Of a stretch of DNA of 64,000 bases, positions 38,897-48,736 are shown piece by piece. The stretch comes from Alphaproteobacteria bacterium (GTDB taxonomy: Bacteria; Pseudomonadota; Alphaproteobacteria; UBA828): contig CBDEFM010000002.1 in assembly GCA_965237415.1 (NCBI GenBank), positions 1,024,001 through 1,088,000 of the forward strand, written 5' to 3'. The notes under the pieces are model-generated. The model made no database searches. It saw nothing but the letters and a program-made list of their open reading frames with translations, and was not told the DNA's origin. Every line of letters starts with the position of its first letter. Position 1 is the stretch's first letter. Both the position numbers and the translations under genes were made by a program.

Positions 38897-40822
38897 TTAC
38901 TCCGCCGCCGCGCCTGCCGCCGCGGCCTTGGCTTCGCGCTCCTGCAGGAAGCGCAGCACCCGGCGGTTGAACTCCGGCGGCTTGGGCGGGGCGAGCTCGG
39001 TCTCTTCCAGGCAGCGCTCCCGCAGCTCCTCGACGGTGCCGCCCCGGTCGAACAGTTTTACCTCGCCCCGCGCGGCGCGGAGTTTCTCGCGCAACGCAGC
39101 CGTCGCCTCTTCGTCGACCATCAGATCGTCCCGCAGCACCACGCCGTAGCGCTCGGCGCCGGCCCGCGTGACCAGCCCGCGCTCGACCTCCAGCGCCACC
39201 AGGGCGGCATCGCGCTCGTAGGGATCGCCCCAGCCGCCGCCACCCCAGGTCTTGAAGAGGAGCAGATCGCCGGCCTCGACCTTCACGTGGTCGCACTTGG
39301 AGCGCAGCACTTCGAACGAGCCGTCGGCGCGGTGAATCTCCTTGCGGCTCCGCCCACCCGGCAGGCCGCCATTGACGCCCCACGGGTAGGTGAGCCAACG
39401 GTCGTCGTGCAGCGACATCTCGCCGGGCTCCAGCGCCCGGTAGCCGATGGTGACGCCGTTGCCGCCGCGATGGAGGCCGGGCCCGCCCGAATCCGGGATG
39501 GTCTCGTAGACCTCGATGCGGAGCGGGAAGTACGCCTCCAGGAACTCGTTGGGGACGTTGGTGAACGAGGGCCAGAGGGAGTGCCCGTCGGGGCCGTCGC
39601 CGGCCGGCCGGCCGGGGATCCCGCCGAAGCCGATCTGGTAGAGCTGGTACCACTCGCCCTCGCTCGAATAGCCCGAATACATGAAATGCGGGCTGTCGGA
39701 GAAGCCGGCCGCCACCATGAGGTTCGGCGCGCGCTGGCCGAGCAGGCCGCCGAGCACGTCGAAGATCCGGCCTAACGCATGGGTCCGCGAGGAGAGCGCC
39801 GCCGGCTTCAGCGGCTTGAGCAGCGTGCCCGGCGGAATCCGCACATCGACGTGATCGTAGAAGCCGTCGTTGAACATGATCTGTGGATCGAAGACGTTGA
39901 TCATGTAAACGCCGACGAACATCTTGAACATTTCTTCGTTGAGGAAGAAGTTGATCGAGCTTTCCGACTGCGGATCGGTGCCTTCGAAATCGAAGACCAG
40001 GACGTCGCCGTCGCGCCACATGTTGCAGGCCATCTTGTAGGGGCCCATGCCGAGGCCGTCGTCGCAGATGTAGTCCTCGAAGTAGAGCGTCTCGTCCTCG
40101 CCGACGGTGTTGCGGATCAGGTGCAGCATCGCGCGGCGATTGCGCTCCAGCAGTTCGCCCATCGCGCCGATCAGGGTGTCGACTCCGAAACGATCGCAGA
40201 GCTCATGAATGCGCTTCTCGGCGAGGCGCACGGCGGCGACCAGCGCGTTGAAGTCGCTCCGGTTCCACTGCGGCATCCGGCACTGATGCAGGATCACCCT
40301 GAGCACGTCTTCCTGCAGCTCGTCGTTCTTGTAGATCTTGACGACGGGGATGACGACGCCTTCCTCGTAGATCTGGTTGGCGTCGGTGGGGAGGCTGCCG
40401 GGCACCTTGCCGCCGACATCGGTCATGTGGCCGAACATCGAGGCGTAGGCGATCAGCCGGCCGTCGCGGTAGACCGGGCGCAGGATCAGCCAGTCCGGCG
40501 CGTGGCTGATCGCGCCGGCGCAGCTGTAGGGATCGGAGGTGAGGAAGATGTCCCCTTCCTCGATCGTGCCGTCGTATTCGCGCTTGAAGCCGTGGATGAA
40601 CGAGCCGAACTGCCCGACCACCATCTTGCCCTCGGGGTTGGCGATCATCGGGAACTCGTCGTGCTGCTCGCGGATTCCCGGCGACATGGCGGTGCGGTAG
40701 AGCACGGCGTCCATCTCGTAGCGGGCGCTGCGCAGCGAGCTCTCGATGATATCGAGAGTGATCGGGTCGATGTCGACCGGCTCGAACGGTGCGTCGTTGG
40801 TCTGGACGATAGTGACTGGCAT
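38897..40822 (-). CDS. Hydantoinase B / 5-oxoprolinase family subunit
   Basis: RTAMSPGIRE, SDPY, HMTDVGGKVPGS, IYEEG, SGGPGLHRGG, GGGGWGDP. Confidence 0.92.
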   Translation of the reverse strand: MPVTIVQTNDAPFEPVDIDPITLDIIESSLRSARYEMDAVLYRTAMSPGIREQHDEFPMIANPEGKMVVGQFGSFIHGFKREYDGTIEEGDIFLTSDPYSCAGAISHAPDWLILRPVYRDGRLIAYASMFGHMTDVGGKVPGSLPTDANQIYEEGVVIPVVKIYKNDELQEDVLRVILHQCRMPQWNRSDFNALVAAVRLAEKRIHELCDRFGVDTLIGAMGELLERNRRAMLHLIRNTVGEDETLYFEDYICDDGLGMGPYKMACNMWRDGDVLVFDFEGTDPQSESSINFFLNEEMFKMFVGVYMINVFDPQIMFNDGFYDHVDVRIPPGTLLKPLKPAALSSRTHALGRIFDVLGGLLGQRAPNLMVAAGFSDSPHFMYSGYSSEGEWYQLYQIGFGGIPGRPAGDGPDGHSLWPSFTNVPNEFLEAYFPLRIEVYETIPDSGGPGLHRGGNGVTIGYRALEPGEMSLHDDRWLTYPWGVNGGLPGGRSRKEIHRADGSFEVLRSKCDHVKVEAGDLLLFKTWGGGGWGDPYERDAALVALEVERGLVTRAGAERYGVVLRDDLMVDEEATAALREKLRAARGEVKLFDRGGTVEELRERCLEETELAPPKPPEFNRRVLRFLQEREAKAAAAGAAAE

Positions 40823-40839
40823 GTCGATCCTCCCCCGAC

Positions 40840-42894
40840 TCAGTGGCCGATCGGGTTGATGATGATGTTGCCGTATCCGTCGACCACGCCGATGTGGCCC
40901 GGCAGGATTAGAGTAGTCGAATCCATCTCGGTCACGATCGCTGGCCCCTCGATCCGGTTGCCGGCCTCGAGCTTGGCGCGATCATAGATCGCGGCGTCCT
41001 GATCGCGATTGTCGACGTAAACCGTGCCGTTCGCAACCTTGGCCGCAGACGGGTCGGCGCCACCCTGCGGAACGGTGGCCGCTTCGATGAAGGTCTCGGC
41101 ACCGCGCACGATCGCACGCAGCGTCACGATCTCGTGCTCCGCATCGAGGGCGAACGTGAAGAGCTGAGTGTGCTCGTCATCGAACTGCTGCGCCATCCCA
41201 TCGAGCCCGTCCCGTTCGAACTCCTCGGCGGTGAAGCCCACCGGGAGCTGCAGCCCCTGGCCGTGGTAGCGGAGGTCCACCTCGTACTGCACGGACTGGT
41301 CTTCGCGCGCGATGCCCTCGGCATCGAGTTCCTGCCGGGCGCGGGTCTCGAGATCGTCGAGGATGCCGCGCACCTCGGCGTCCGAGGTTTCGGAGAAGCG
41401 CCGCACGAAGCTCCTCGAAGCCTCGTCGGTGACCCGCGTCGTGGCGTCGCCGTAGGCGCAAAGCACGCCCGGTGAGGGTGGGATCATGACCGGCCACGAG
41501 TTCATCAGCCTGGCAAGCGCATTGGCGTGCAGCGGCCCTGCCCCACCGAAGGCGATGAGCGCGAAGTCGCGCGGATCGAAGCCCTGCTGCACCGAGACCA
41601 GCCGGAGCGCGCCGAACATGTTCTCGTTGACGATGTCGATGATCCCGGCGGCGGCCCGCTTGAGATCGAGGCCGAGCGCCGTGGCGACCGTCTGCACTGC
41701 GGTGACGGCGGCATCGACATCGAGCTTCATCTCGCCGCCGATCAACTCGCTCGGCAGATAGCCGAGCACGACATTGGCGTCCGTGACGGTGGGCTGGTCG
41801 CCGCCCTGCCCGTAGGCCGCAGGCCCCGGATCGGCGCCCGCGCTCTGCGGCCCGACCCGGAGCGCGCGGGTGATCTCGGGAACATGGGCGATCGAGCCGC
41901 CGCCCGCGCCCACGCTGCGGACGTCGAGGGAGGGCGCGCGCACGGTGACGTCGCCCACCGTGGTCTCGCGCCGCTTGCGCGGCACGCCGTCGAGGATCAG
42001 CGCGACATCGGTGGACGTGCCGCCCATGTCGAGCGTAAGCAGGTTCTGGTAGCCGGCCTGCCTGGCGATCCAGAGCGCGCCGGCGACGCCGCCGGCAGGG
42101 CCGCTCATCAGCACGTTCACCGGCGAGTTCCGGCTTGCCTCGACCGAGGCGAGACCGCCGTCCGAGCGCAGGATGTGGAGATGGGCGTCGATCTTGCGCT
42201 GCTCCAGCTCCCGCTCCATGTTGTTGATATAGCCCTGGACCACCGGCGCGACGTAGGAATTGGCGACTGTGGTGATGGCGCGCTCGTATTCGTACATCTC
42301 CGGCAGGACCTCGGAGGAGAGCGAGACCGGCACGCCGGGGAGCACCTGGTTCGCGATTGCACGGATCTGCTCCTCATGCACGCCACCCGCATAGGCGTTC
42401 ATCAGGCAGACGGTCAGCGCCTCGATCCCCCTCGCCTTGAGGTGGCTGAGCTTCTCGCGCAGATCGTCCTCGTTCAGCTCGCGAACGACCTCGCCGCGGG
42501 CGCTGGTGCGCTCCTTCGCCTCGACGGTGAGCTCCAGCGGGGCCAGCGGCTCGGGCTTGGGCCAGATGATCCAGCCGGCGAGGATGCCGGGCACGAAGGA
42601 ACGGGCGATCTGCAGCATCTGCCCGTAACCCTCCGAGGTGACGAGGCCGACCCGGGCGCCCTTGCCCTCCAGGATGGTGTTGGTGCCAACCGTCGTGCCG
42701 TGCATCACGTGGGTGATTGCGGCCGGCTCGACGCCGGCGTTATCGCACACCCGCTCGATGCCGCTGAGCACGCCGATCGAGGAATCGTGCGGGGTGGAGG
42801 GCACCTTCGCGCGGAAGGTGCCGCCGCTCGATTCGTCGATCAGCAGGAGATCGGTGAACGTGCCGCCGACATCGACACCTAAGCGAAAAGCCAT
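40840..42894 (-). CDS. Hydantoinase A / 5-oxoprolinase family ATP-binding subunit
   Basis: GVDVGGTFTD, HGTTVGTN, SGPAGG, DMGGTSTD, GAGGGS, FGGAGPLH. Confidence 0.93.
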   Translation of the reverse strand: MAFRLGVDVGGTFTDLLLIDESSGGTFRAKVPSTPHDSSIGVLSGIERVCDNAGVEPAAITHVMHGTTVGTNTILEGKGARVGLVTSEGYGQMLQIARSFVPGILAGWIIWPKPEPLAPLELTVEAKERTSARGEVVRELNEDDLREKLSHLKARGIEALTVCLMNAYAGGVHEEQIRAIANQVLPGVPVSLSSEVLPEMYEYERAITTVANSYVAPVVQGYINNMERELEQRKIDAHLHILRSDGGLASVEASRNSPVNVLMSGPAGGVAGALWIARQAGYQNLLTLDMGGTSTDVALILDGVPRKRRETTVGDVTVRAPSLDVRSVGAGGGSIAHVPEITRALRVGPQSAGADPGPAAYGQGGDQPTVTDANVVLGYLPSELIGGEMKLDVDAAVTAVQTVATALGLDLKRAAAGIIDIVNENMFGALRLVSVQQGFDPRDFALIAFGGAGPLHANALARLMNSWPVMIPPSPGVLCAYGDATTRVTDEASRSFVRRFSETSDAEVRGILDDLETRARQELDAEGIAREDQSVQYEVDLRYHGQGLQLPVGFTAEEFERDGLDGMAQQFDDEHTQLFTFALDAEHEIVTLRAIVRGAETFIEAATVPQGGADPSAAKVANGTVYVDNRDQDAAIYDRAKLEAGNRIEGPAIVTEMDSTTLILPGHIGVVDGYGNIIINPIGH

Positions 42895-43008
42895 GCTTCC
42901 TCCTTCAGATCACCGGATTCGCGTTCGGTCGCAGCCTAGCAAGCATGCCGCAGCGGCTGGCATCCCTTAGGGGTCGGAGCCGGCCTCAGCGCGCGATGGC
43001 CGCCCGGC

Positions 43009-43872
43009 CTAGCCGTCCGACGCCTTCCCGGCCTTCCTTGCGATATTGAACCCGGCGCCGGTCCGCCGTTTCTGGATGAAGTAGACGGCGGCGAAGCTCA
43101 CGAAAATCACCACGAGCGAGAACACCGTCGTTATGGTTCCGATGGCATAGATCGCCGGCGTCGCTGCCAGCGTGAGTGTGTTCACAAGCTCGACCGGGAG
43201 CGTGTTGAACTCGCCCGCCACGCTCGATGTGCGAGGGAATTCGTCGTAGGAGAGGGTGAATCCGAAGAGCGCGACGCCGATAAGCCCCGGCAGCGTGATC
43301 GGTATGATCACATTGCGCAGCGTCTGCCATTGGGTCGCGCCCTGGTCCTTGGCCGCCTCCTCGAGCTGCGGGTCGAGCCGGCTGAAGACCGCCAGCATGA
43401 TGAGAACGCCGAATGGCAGCGTCCAGCTCAGATGCGCGCCGAGGGCGCCGGACCACCACTGGCTGGTCATGCCCAGATTGGAGAAGCCGAGCCCGATGCC
43501 CAGGCTGATGAGGATCGACGGGCAGATCAGACTGGCGACGACCAGATAGAAGACGATGATGTTGCCGGTGAAGTTCTTGCGGAACGCGAGACCGGCAAGG
43601 AAGGAGATTCCCATGGTGAGGATCATCACGATGAGGCCCAGGATCAGCGAGCGCCCGAACGGCCAGCGGAAGTCGCCGATATAGGTCGGATCGATCACCT
43701 CCTTGAACCAGAACAACGAGAACCCCTGCATCGGGAAGGAGAGCGAGGCGCCGGGGCCCTGAAACGACAGCATCACGATGATCAAGATCGGCCCGTACAG
43801 GAACAGGAGGTACAGGAAGAAGACCGCTGCACGCGGCCAGTAGCCCGGCGCTCGTCTGCTTTCCTTCGCCAT
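43009..43872 (-). CDS. PotC-like ABC permease
   Basis: FLYGP, LEEAAKDQGA, FTLSYDEF. Confidence 0.9.
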   Translation of the reverse strand: MAKESRRAPGYWPRAAVFFLYLLFLYGPILIIVMLSFQGPGASLSFPMQGFSLFWFKEVIDPTYIGDFRWPFGRSLILGLIVMILTMGISFLAGLAFRKNFTGNIIVFYLVVASLICPSILISLGIGLGFSNLGMTSQWWSGALGAHLSWTLPFGVLIMLAVFSRLDPQLEEAAKDQGATQWQTLRNVIIPITLPGLIGVALFGFTLSYDEFPRTSSVAGEFNTLPVELVNTLTLAATPAIYAIGTITTVFSLVVIFVSFAAVYFIQKRRTGAGFNIARKAGKASDG

Positions 43873-43874
43873 GG

Positions 43875-44747
43875 CTAGAGCTGCTTCCGCACGTCGACGA
43901 GTCGCATGATGATGCCGACGATCAGCAATACGGCCAGCAGCAGAACGATGGCCGAGGCGGACGCCGGCGGGTATTGGACATTGATTATCTGGTTGGTCAT
44001 CGAGGCCATCACCGTGCCGACGCGCGCGCCGCTGAGAATGCGGATCGCCGTGAAATCGCTCGCCACCAGCGCGATGACGAAGATCGCCCCGATGGCAAGG
44101 CCCGGCTTGCAGAGCGGGATGATCACGTGGAGCAGGATCTGGAGCCCGGAGGCACCGTTATCCTTTGCTGCCTCGATCAGGTCGCGGTTGATTCGCGCCA
44201 TGACGTTGAACAGCGGCGCCATCATGAACAGCGTGAATATCTGTATGTAAGACAGAAAGACGGCGAATTCCGAGAATAGGAGAAATTGGAGCGGCGTGTC
44301 CGATATGCCGACGACCATTATCGCCTGATTGATGATGCCCTCCTTGCCCAGGAACGGCAGCCAAGCCACCATGCGGATAACGCCGGAGGTCCAGAACGGC
44401 ACGACGCAGAGCAGGAACAGGAGCAGCTTCGTTCTCAACAGGATAAGGTCGAAAACAAGAAAATAGGCGAGCGTAAAGCCGAGAACCGTCGTGATAGCCA
44501 GCGTAATCGCCAGCATTTTCAACGTCTGCAAGTAATTGTCGAGAGTCAGGTTCTTGGAAAATAATTTAATGTAATTGGAGAACCTCCAATCGCCCTCCAC
44601 CATCATGAAACCGTTGAAATGCCACAGGCTGATGATCAGGATCACGATCATCGGCCCGATCAGGAAGAACAGCAGCGTAATCAGCAGCGGCGAGATTTGC
44701 AGCGCCGTCGCGTAGCGATTGAAGATCGCGTTTACCGCTGCCATCAC
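43875..44747 (-). CDS. PotB-like ABC permease
   Basis: VPFWTS, GIIN, LIEAAKDNGA. Confidence 0.9.
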   Translation of the reverse strand: MMAAVNAIFNRYATALQISPLLITLLFFLIGPMIVILIISLWHFNGFMMVEGDWRFSNYIKLFSKNLTLDNYLQTLKMLAITLAITTVLGFTLAYFLVFDLILLRTKLLLFLLCVVPFWTSGVIRMVAWLPFLGKEGIINQAIMVVGISDTPLQFLLFSEFAVFLSYIQIFTLFMMAPLFNVMARINRDLIEAAKDNGASGLQILLHVIIPLCKPGLAIGAIFVIALVASDFTAIRILSGARVGTVMASMTNQIINVQYPPASASAIVLLLAVLLIVGIIMRLVDVRKQL

Positions 44748-44784
44748 CAGTGACTCTTCGACAATTCGAGCCTGCGGGAATCGG

Positions 44785-44828
44785 AAAAGGAAGCGGGGGT
44801 GCGGAGCGGCACGCCGCCCAGCACCCCC
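44785..44828 (-). terminator. Hairpin after solute-binding gene (terminator or mRNA stabiliser)
   Basis: GGGGGTGC...GCACCCCC stem with inner GC stem, followed on the minus strand by CTTCCTTTT. Confidence 0.5.
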
Positions 44829-44843
44829 AAATGCATTCGCCCC

Positions 44844-46151
44844 TTACGCGGCGATGAACTCGTTCCAACGGTCGGTGAGGTACTCGTTCTCGTCCATGAC
44901 CGAGTTCCACACCGCGACGCGACCCATGCGGTTCTTGTAGGAGCCGCCGTCGCGAACCGCGCCCGGCTTCTCCATGAGCTTGCCGAACGGGCTGTAGATG
45001 TCGACCGTGGCGGGCTTGCCCTCGAACCAGAAATCCCACTCTGCCTCGGGCAGGTGCTTCTGGGTATTGTCGGGCGTCACCACGTAGTAGCCCTGGCGGG
45101 CGAAGAACGCGCCTGCCGGCCCCGAGTGATACCAGGTCACGTAGTCGTAGACCGCGCCGAGCTTCTTGCCCTCGACGTGCTTCGGCATCAGATGCCCCAG
45201 GGTCCAGGAGCGATAGCCTTCCTTGAGATCCTGGTAGATGCACGGCACGCCCTGCTCGCGCACGGCTGTCACTGCCGGCGACCACATGGACTGGATGACG
45301 ACCTCACCCCCGACCATGAGCTGAACCGACTCATTGAAGGTCGACCAGAGGGCACGCCAGTGGCCGACGTCCTTGAGCTCGATGAGACGGTCGATGGAGT
45401 AGTCGATCTCCTCGCGGGTCATGTTGCCCTTGTCGCCGTACTCGAGCTCGCCATTGGCCTGGAACGCCAGGGCGGCGTCCATCAGGCCGATCTGCGGGAA
45501 GGCCACGAGCGCCGACTTGCCGGCGAACTCGGGATTGATGATCTCGGCCCAGGAATCGATGGGCCGGCCGATCAGGTCGGGCCGGATGCCGAGGGTGTCG
45601 GCATTGTGCAGCACCGGGTGGTTGGTGATCCACTTCGTCGAGCCCGGCTCGACGAAGTCGGTCGCCAGATGGTCGGAGGTGTACGCCACCGTGCTCGGGT
45701 TCTGGCCATCGCCGAACCAGGCATCCGGCCAGATTTTACCGGGTGCCTTGTAGAGATCGACCACCGTGTCCCACTCGGGCAGCTTGGTGGTGTCCCAGGC
45801 CTGGAAGTTGCCGGACGGCCACATGAACTTCATCAGCATGTAGGGCGGCTCGAAGAGGTCGCCCGAGTCGGGCTGGGTCAGGCCGCGGGCCTGGATCGAC
45901 GGGATCTCGGCGGCCGTCTGGCGCACGTTGAAGTCGAGGGCCTCGTTGGCCATGTCCTCGAGCGGCTTCATGTTGGAAACCGCCATGCCGACGGTACGGA
46001 CGGTGATGTCCTTGATGTCCTGCGCCCATACGGTCGGGAAGCCGCCGCTAAGCGTCGTCGCCGCGGCAGCACCGGCCACGGCCGCCGTCCCCTTAAGGAC
46101 CGAGCGGCGGCTCACGCCCGTCTTGCTATCGTCGCTCTTGGTCTTGCGCAT
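44844..46151 (-). CDS. PotD-like substrate-binding protein, Tat-exported
   Basis: SRRSVLK after ATG at 46151 with GGGAGGA RBS; NADTLGIRPDL, QSMWSPAV. Confidence 0.88.
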   Translation of the reverse strand: MRKTKSDDSKTGVSRRSVLKGTAAVAGAAAATTLSGGFPTVWAQDIKDITVRTVGMAVSNMKPLEDMANEALDFNVRQTAAEIPSIQARGLTQPDSGDLFEPPYMLMKFMWPSGNFQAWDTTKLPEWDTVVDLYKAPGKIWPDAWFGDGQNPSTVAYTSDHLATDFVEPGSTKWITNHPVLHNADTLGIRPDLIGRPIDSWAEIINPEFAGKSALVAFPQIGLMDAALAFQANGELEYGDKGNMTREEIDYSIDRLIELKDVGHWRALWSTFNESVQLMVGGEVVIQSMWSPAVTAVREQGVPCIYQDLKEGYRSWTLGHLMPKHVEGKKLGAVYDYVTWYHSGPAGAFFARQGYYVVTPDNTQKHLPEAEWDFWFEGKPATVDIYSPFGKLMEKPGAVRDGGSYKNRMGRVAVWNSVMDENEYLTDRWNEFIAA

Positions 46152-46266
46152 GCTTTCCTCCCTCGCCTGCGTTCCTCGAATGCTCGCCCTGTCGCCGGCC
46201 CGGACGATTACTACTTCGCTCGATGCAGTGCGACGGCCGCCGGCGGCCGCCAATGGATAAACGTTG

Positions 46267-47391
46267 CTAGAAATTCTCCCCGATCAGGTTCTGGGCGCCG
46301 GTAGCGCGCTCCATCAAGCGCACGTCCTTGCTCGCCCAGGTGACGGTGACCTGGTCACCCACCTTGGTCGGGTTTAAGAAATACTCGCGATCCTCGATCA
46401 CAGCGACGAGGTCCCGCTTCTCCTCCCGGGTCATGGTGAGCTTCACCCAGTTACCCTGGTACTCGATGGCATGGACAGTGCCGCCCAGCGCGTTGCCGCG
46501 GTCAAGATCGATGCTTCCGCCCGCCAGATGCACCTTGTCGCGGCGGATTCCGAAGTTGACCTCCTGGCCGACCTCGTGGCCGTCGCGCGGCAGGTGGAAG
46601 TTGTCGCCCTCGGCACCCATGACCGTCACCAGGTCGTTCTCGACTCCCGCCACCTTGCCGGTAAACACATTCCAGCCGCCCATGAACTCCGCCACATAAG
46701 TGGTGCGCGGCTCGTCGTAGATCTCCGGCCCCGTCGCCGCCTGCTCGATATGGCCGGTGTCCATCACGACGACCATGTCGGCGATGGCCAGCGCCTCGGG
46801 CTGGGTGTGGGTGACGTGGATGAAGGTGATGCCGAGGTCGATCTGAATGTGCTTCAGCTCGGCGCGCATCTGCAGGCGCAGGAACTCGTCCAACGCAGAC
46901 AGCGGCTCGTCGAGCAGCAGCACCTTGGGGTTGGTGATCAACGAGCGGGCGAGCGCGACACGCTGCTGCTGCCCGCCGGAGAGCTGCGCCGGCATGCGGT
47001 CGGCCAACGGGTCGAGCTGCACGCGCTGCAGCACCGCGTAGGCGCGCTCGCGGCGCTCGCCCTTGCCCACGCCCTTCATCTTCAGGCTGAACGCGACATT
47101 GTCGAGCACCGTCAGATGAGGGAAGAGCGCGTAGCTCTGAAACATCATCGACGTGCCGCGCTGGCCGGTGGGCTTGCCGATCACGGATTCGCCGCCGATC
47201 AGCACGTCGCCCTCGGTTGGCGCCTCGTGACCCGCAATGATGCGCAGGAGGGTCGTCTTGCCGCAGCCGCTCGGCCCGAGCAGGCAACAGTAGGAGCCGT
47301 CGGGAATCGTGATGTCGATATCCTCGACAGCGACAGTGGGGCCGAACAGCTTGGTCACGCCCCTGATTTCGACATCGCCACGTTCTGCCAT
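46267..47391 (-). CDS. PotA-like ABC ATP-binding protein
   Basis: GPSGCGKTT, FQSYALFPH, LSGGQQQR, LDEPLSALD. Confidence 0.93.
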   Translation of the reverse strand: MAERGDVEIRGVTKLFGPTVAVEDIDITIPDGSYCCLLGPSGCGKTTLLRIIAGHEAPTEGDVLIGGESVIGKPTGQRGTSMMFQSYALFPHLTVLDNVAFSLKMKGVGKGERRERAYAVLQRVQLDPLADRMPAQLSGGQQQRVALARSLITNPKVLLLDEPLSALDEFLRLQMRAELKHIQIDLGITFIHVTHTQPEALAIADMVVVMDTGHIEQAATGPEIYDEPRTTYVAEFMGGWNVFTGKVAGVENDLVTVMGAEGDNFHLPRDGHEVGQEVNFGIRRDKVHLAGGSIDLDRGNALGGTVHAIEYQGNWVKLTMTREEKRDLVAVIEDREYFLNPTKVGDQVTVTWASKDVRLMERATGAQNLIGENF

Positions 47392-47566
47392 GGCTGCCAG
47401 CGTCCCTATCGCCCGCATGGGGATCTCGCCGCTCCCTCGGGGCGTACATCATCTATGCCAAGACAGGATGACATACCGCCCACGCGGCGCAGTCTCAAGC
47501 ATTTTCTCGACCAGGCCGGCGGGATATGCTCGCGGCCCACACACCGGAGGACGGGAGCACGTGGCG

Positions 47567-48736
47567 ATGGCGAACAGTGCCGAGACCGTGGACGCAGAAC
47601 AGGAAGCGCTGATCCTCGACGGAATCGAGCGATTCCTGGACCGCGATGTCCGCCCCCACGTCGCCGCGCTCGAGCACGACGACATCTATCCAGAAGACAT
47701 CGTCGAGAAGATGAAGGAGATGGGGCTCTTCGGCGCCACCATCTCCGAAGAGTATGGCGGCCTCGGCTTGCCGGTCACCACCTACGCCAAAGTGATCGAG
47801 CGGCTTTCCCACGCCTGGATGTCGGTGAGCGGCCTTATCAACTCTCACCTCATCATGGCCGCCGCCGTTGAGCGCTTCGGCACCGACGAGCAGCGCCACG
47901 ACTACTTGCCCCGCTTCGCCACCGGCGAGCTCCGGGGCGGGCTCGCGCTCACCGAGCCGGACTGCGGCACCGACCTGCAGGCGATCCGCACCACGGCACG
48001 CCGCGAAGGCAACGATGCTTATGTAATTAATGGTGCCAAGACCTGGATCACCAACAGCATCCACGGCTCCTGCCTCGCACTTCTGGTCAAGACCGACCCC
48101 GGCGCCGAGCCCCGCCACAAGGGCATGAGCCTGTTCCTCGCCGAAAAGGGCGAGGGCTTCCGCGTCAGCCGCAAGCTGGAGAAGCTCGGCTATCGCGGGA
48201 TCGACACGGCCGAGCTCGCGTTCGAGGACTACCGCATCGATGCCGACAAGCTCATTGGCGGGGTGGAGGGCAAGGGCCTGCAGCACGTGCTGAGCGGCCT
48301 TGAGCTGGGCCGCATCAATGTCGCCGCCCGCGGCGTCGGCGTCGCCCAGTCGTGCCTCGACGAGTCCGTGCGCTACTCTCAGGAGCGCAAGACCTTCGGC
48401 AAGCCGATCTGCCAGCACCAGGCGATCCAGATCAAGCTCGCCGACATGGTGACCCGGACCGAGGCCGCGCGGCTGCTCACCGAACGCGCGGCGGTCGCCT
48501 ACGAGACCGGCCAGCGCTGCGACATGGAGGCCGGCATCGCCAAGCTCTTCGCCACGGAGGCGGCGCTAGAGAACAGCATCGAGGCCATGCGCATCCATGG
48601 CGGCTACGGCTATTCGAAGGAGTTCCCGATCGAGCGGATGTACCGCGACGCCCCGTTGCTCTGTATCGGCGAGGGCACCAACGAGATCCAGCGGCTGATC
48701 ATCGCGCGTCAGCTGATCGAGCGTAATCCGGCGTGA
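47567..48736 (+). CDS. Acyl-CoA dehydrogenase family protein
   Basis: LTEPDCGTD, NGAKTWITN, ERKTFGKPI, HGGYGY, IGEGTNEIQ. Confidence 0.93.
   Translation: MANSAETVDAEQEALILDGIERFLDRDVRPHVAALEHDDIYPEDIVEKMKEMGLFGATISEEYGGLGLPVTTYAKVIERLSHAWMSVSGLINSHLIMAAAVERFGTDEQRHDYLPRFATGELRGGLALTEPDCGTDLQAIRTTARREGNDAYVINGAKTWITNSIHGSCLALLVKTDPGAEPRHKGMSLFLAEKGEGFRVSRKLEKLGYRGIDTAELAFEDYRIDADKLIGGVEGKGLQHVLSGLELGRINVAARGVGVAQSCLDESVRYSQERKTFGKPICQHQAIQIKLADMVTRTEAARLLTERAAVAYETGQRCDMEAGIAKLFATEAALENSIEAMRIHGGYGYSKEFPIERMYRDAPLLCIGEGTNEIQRLIIARQLIERNPA

Noticed and set aside
48014-48036. AT-rich patch GATGCTTATGTAATTAATGGTGC in the acyl-CoA dehydrogenase gene
   Set aside because: Very short and encodes the conserved YVINGAK motif in frame; not enough to call a site
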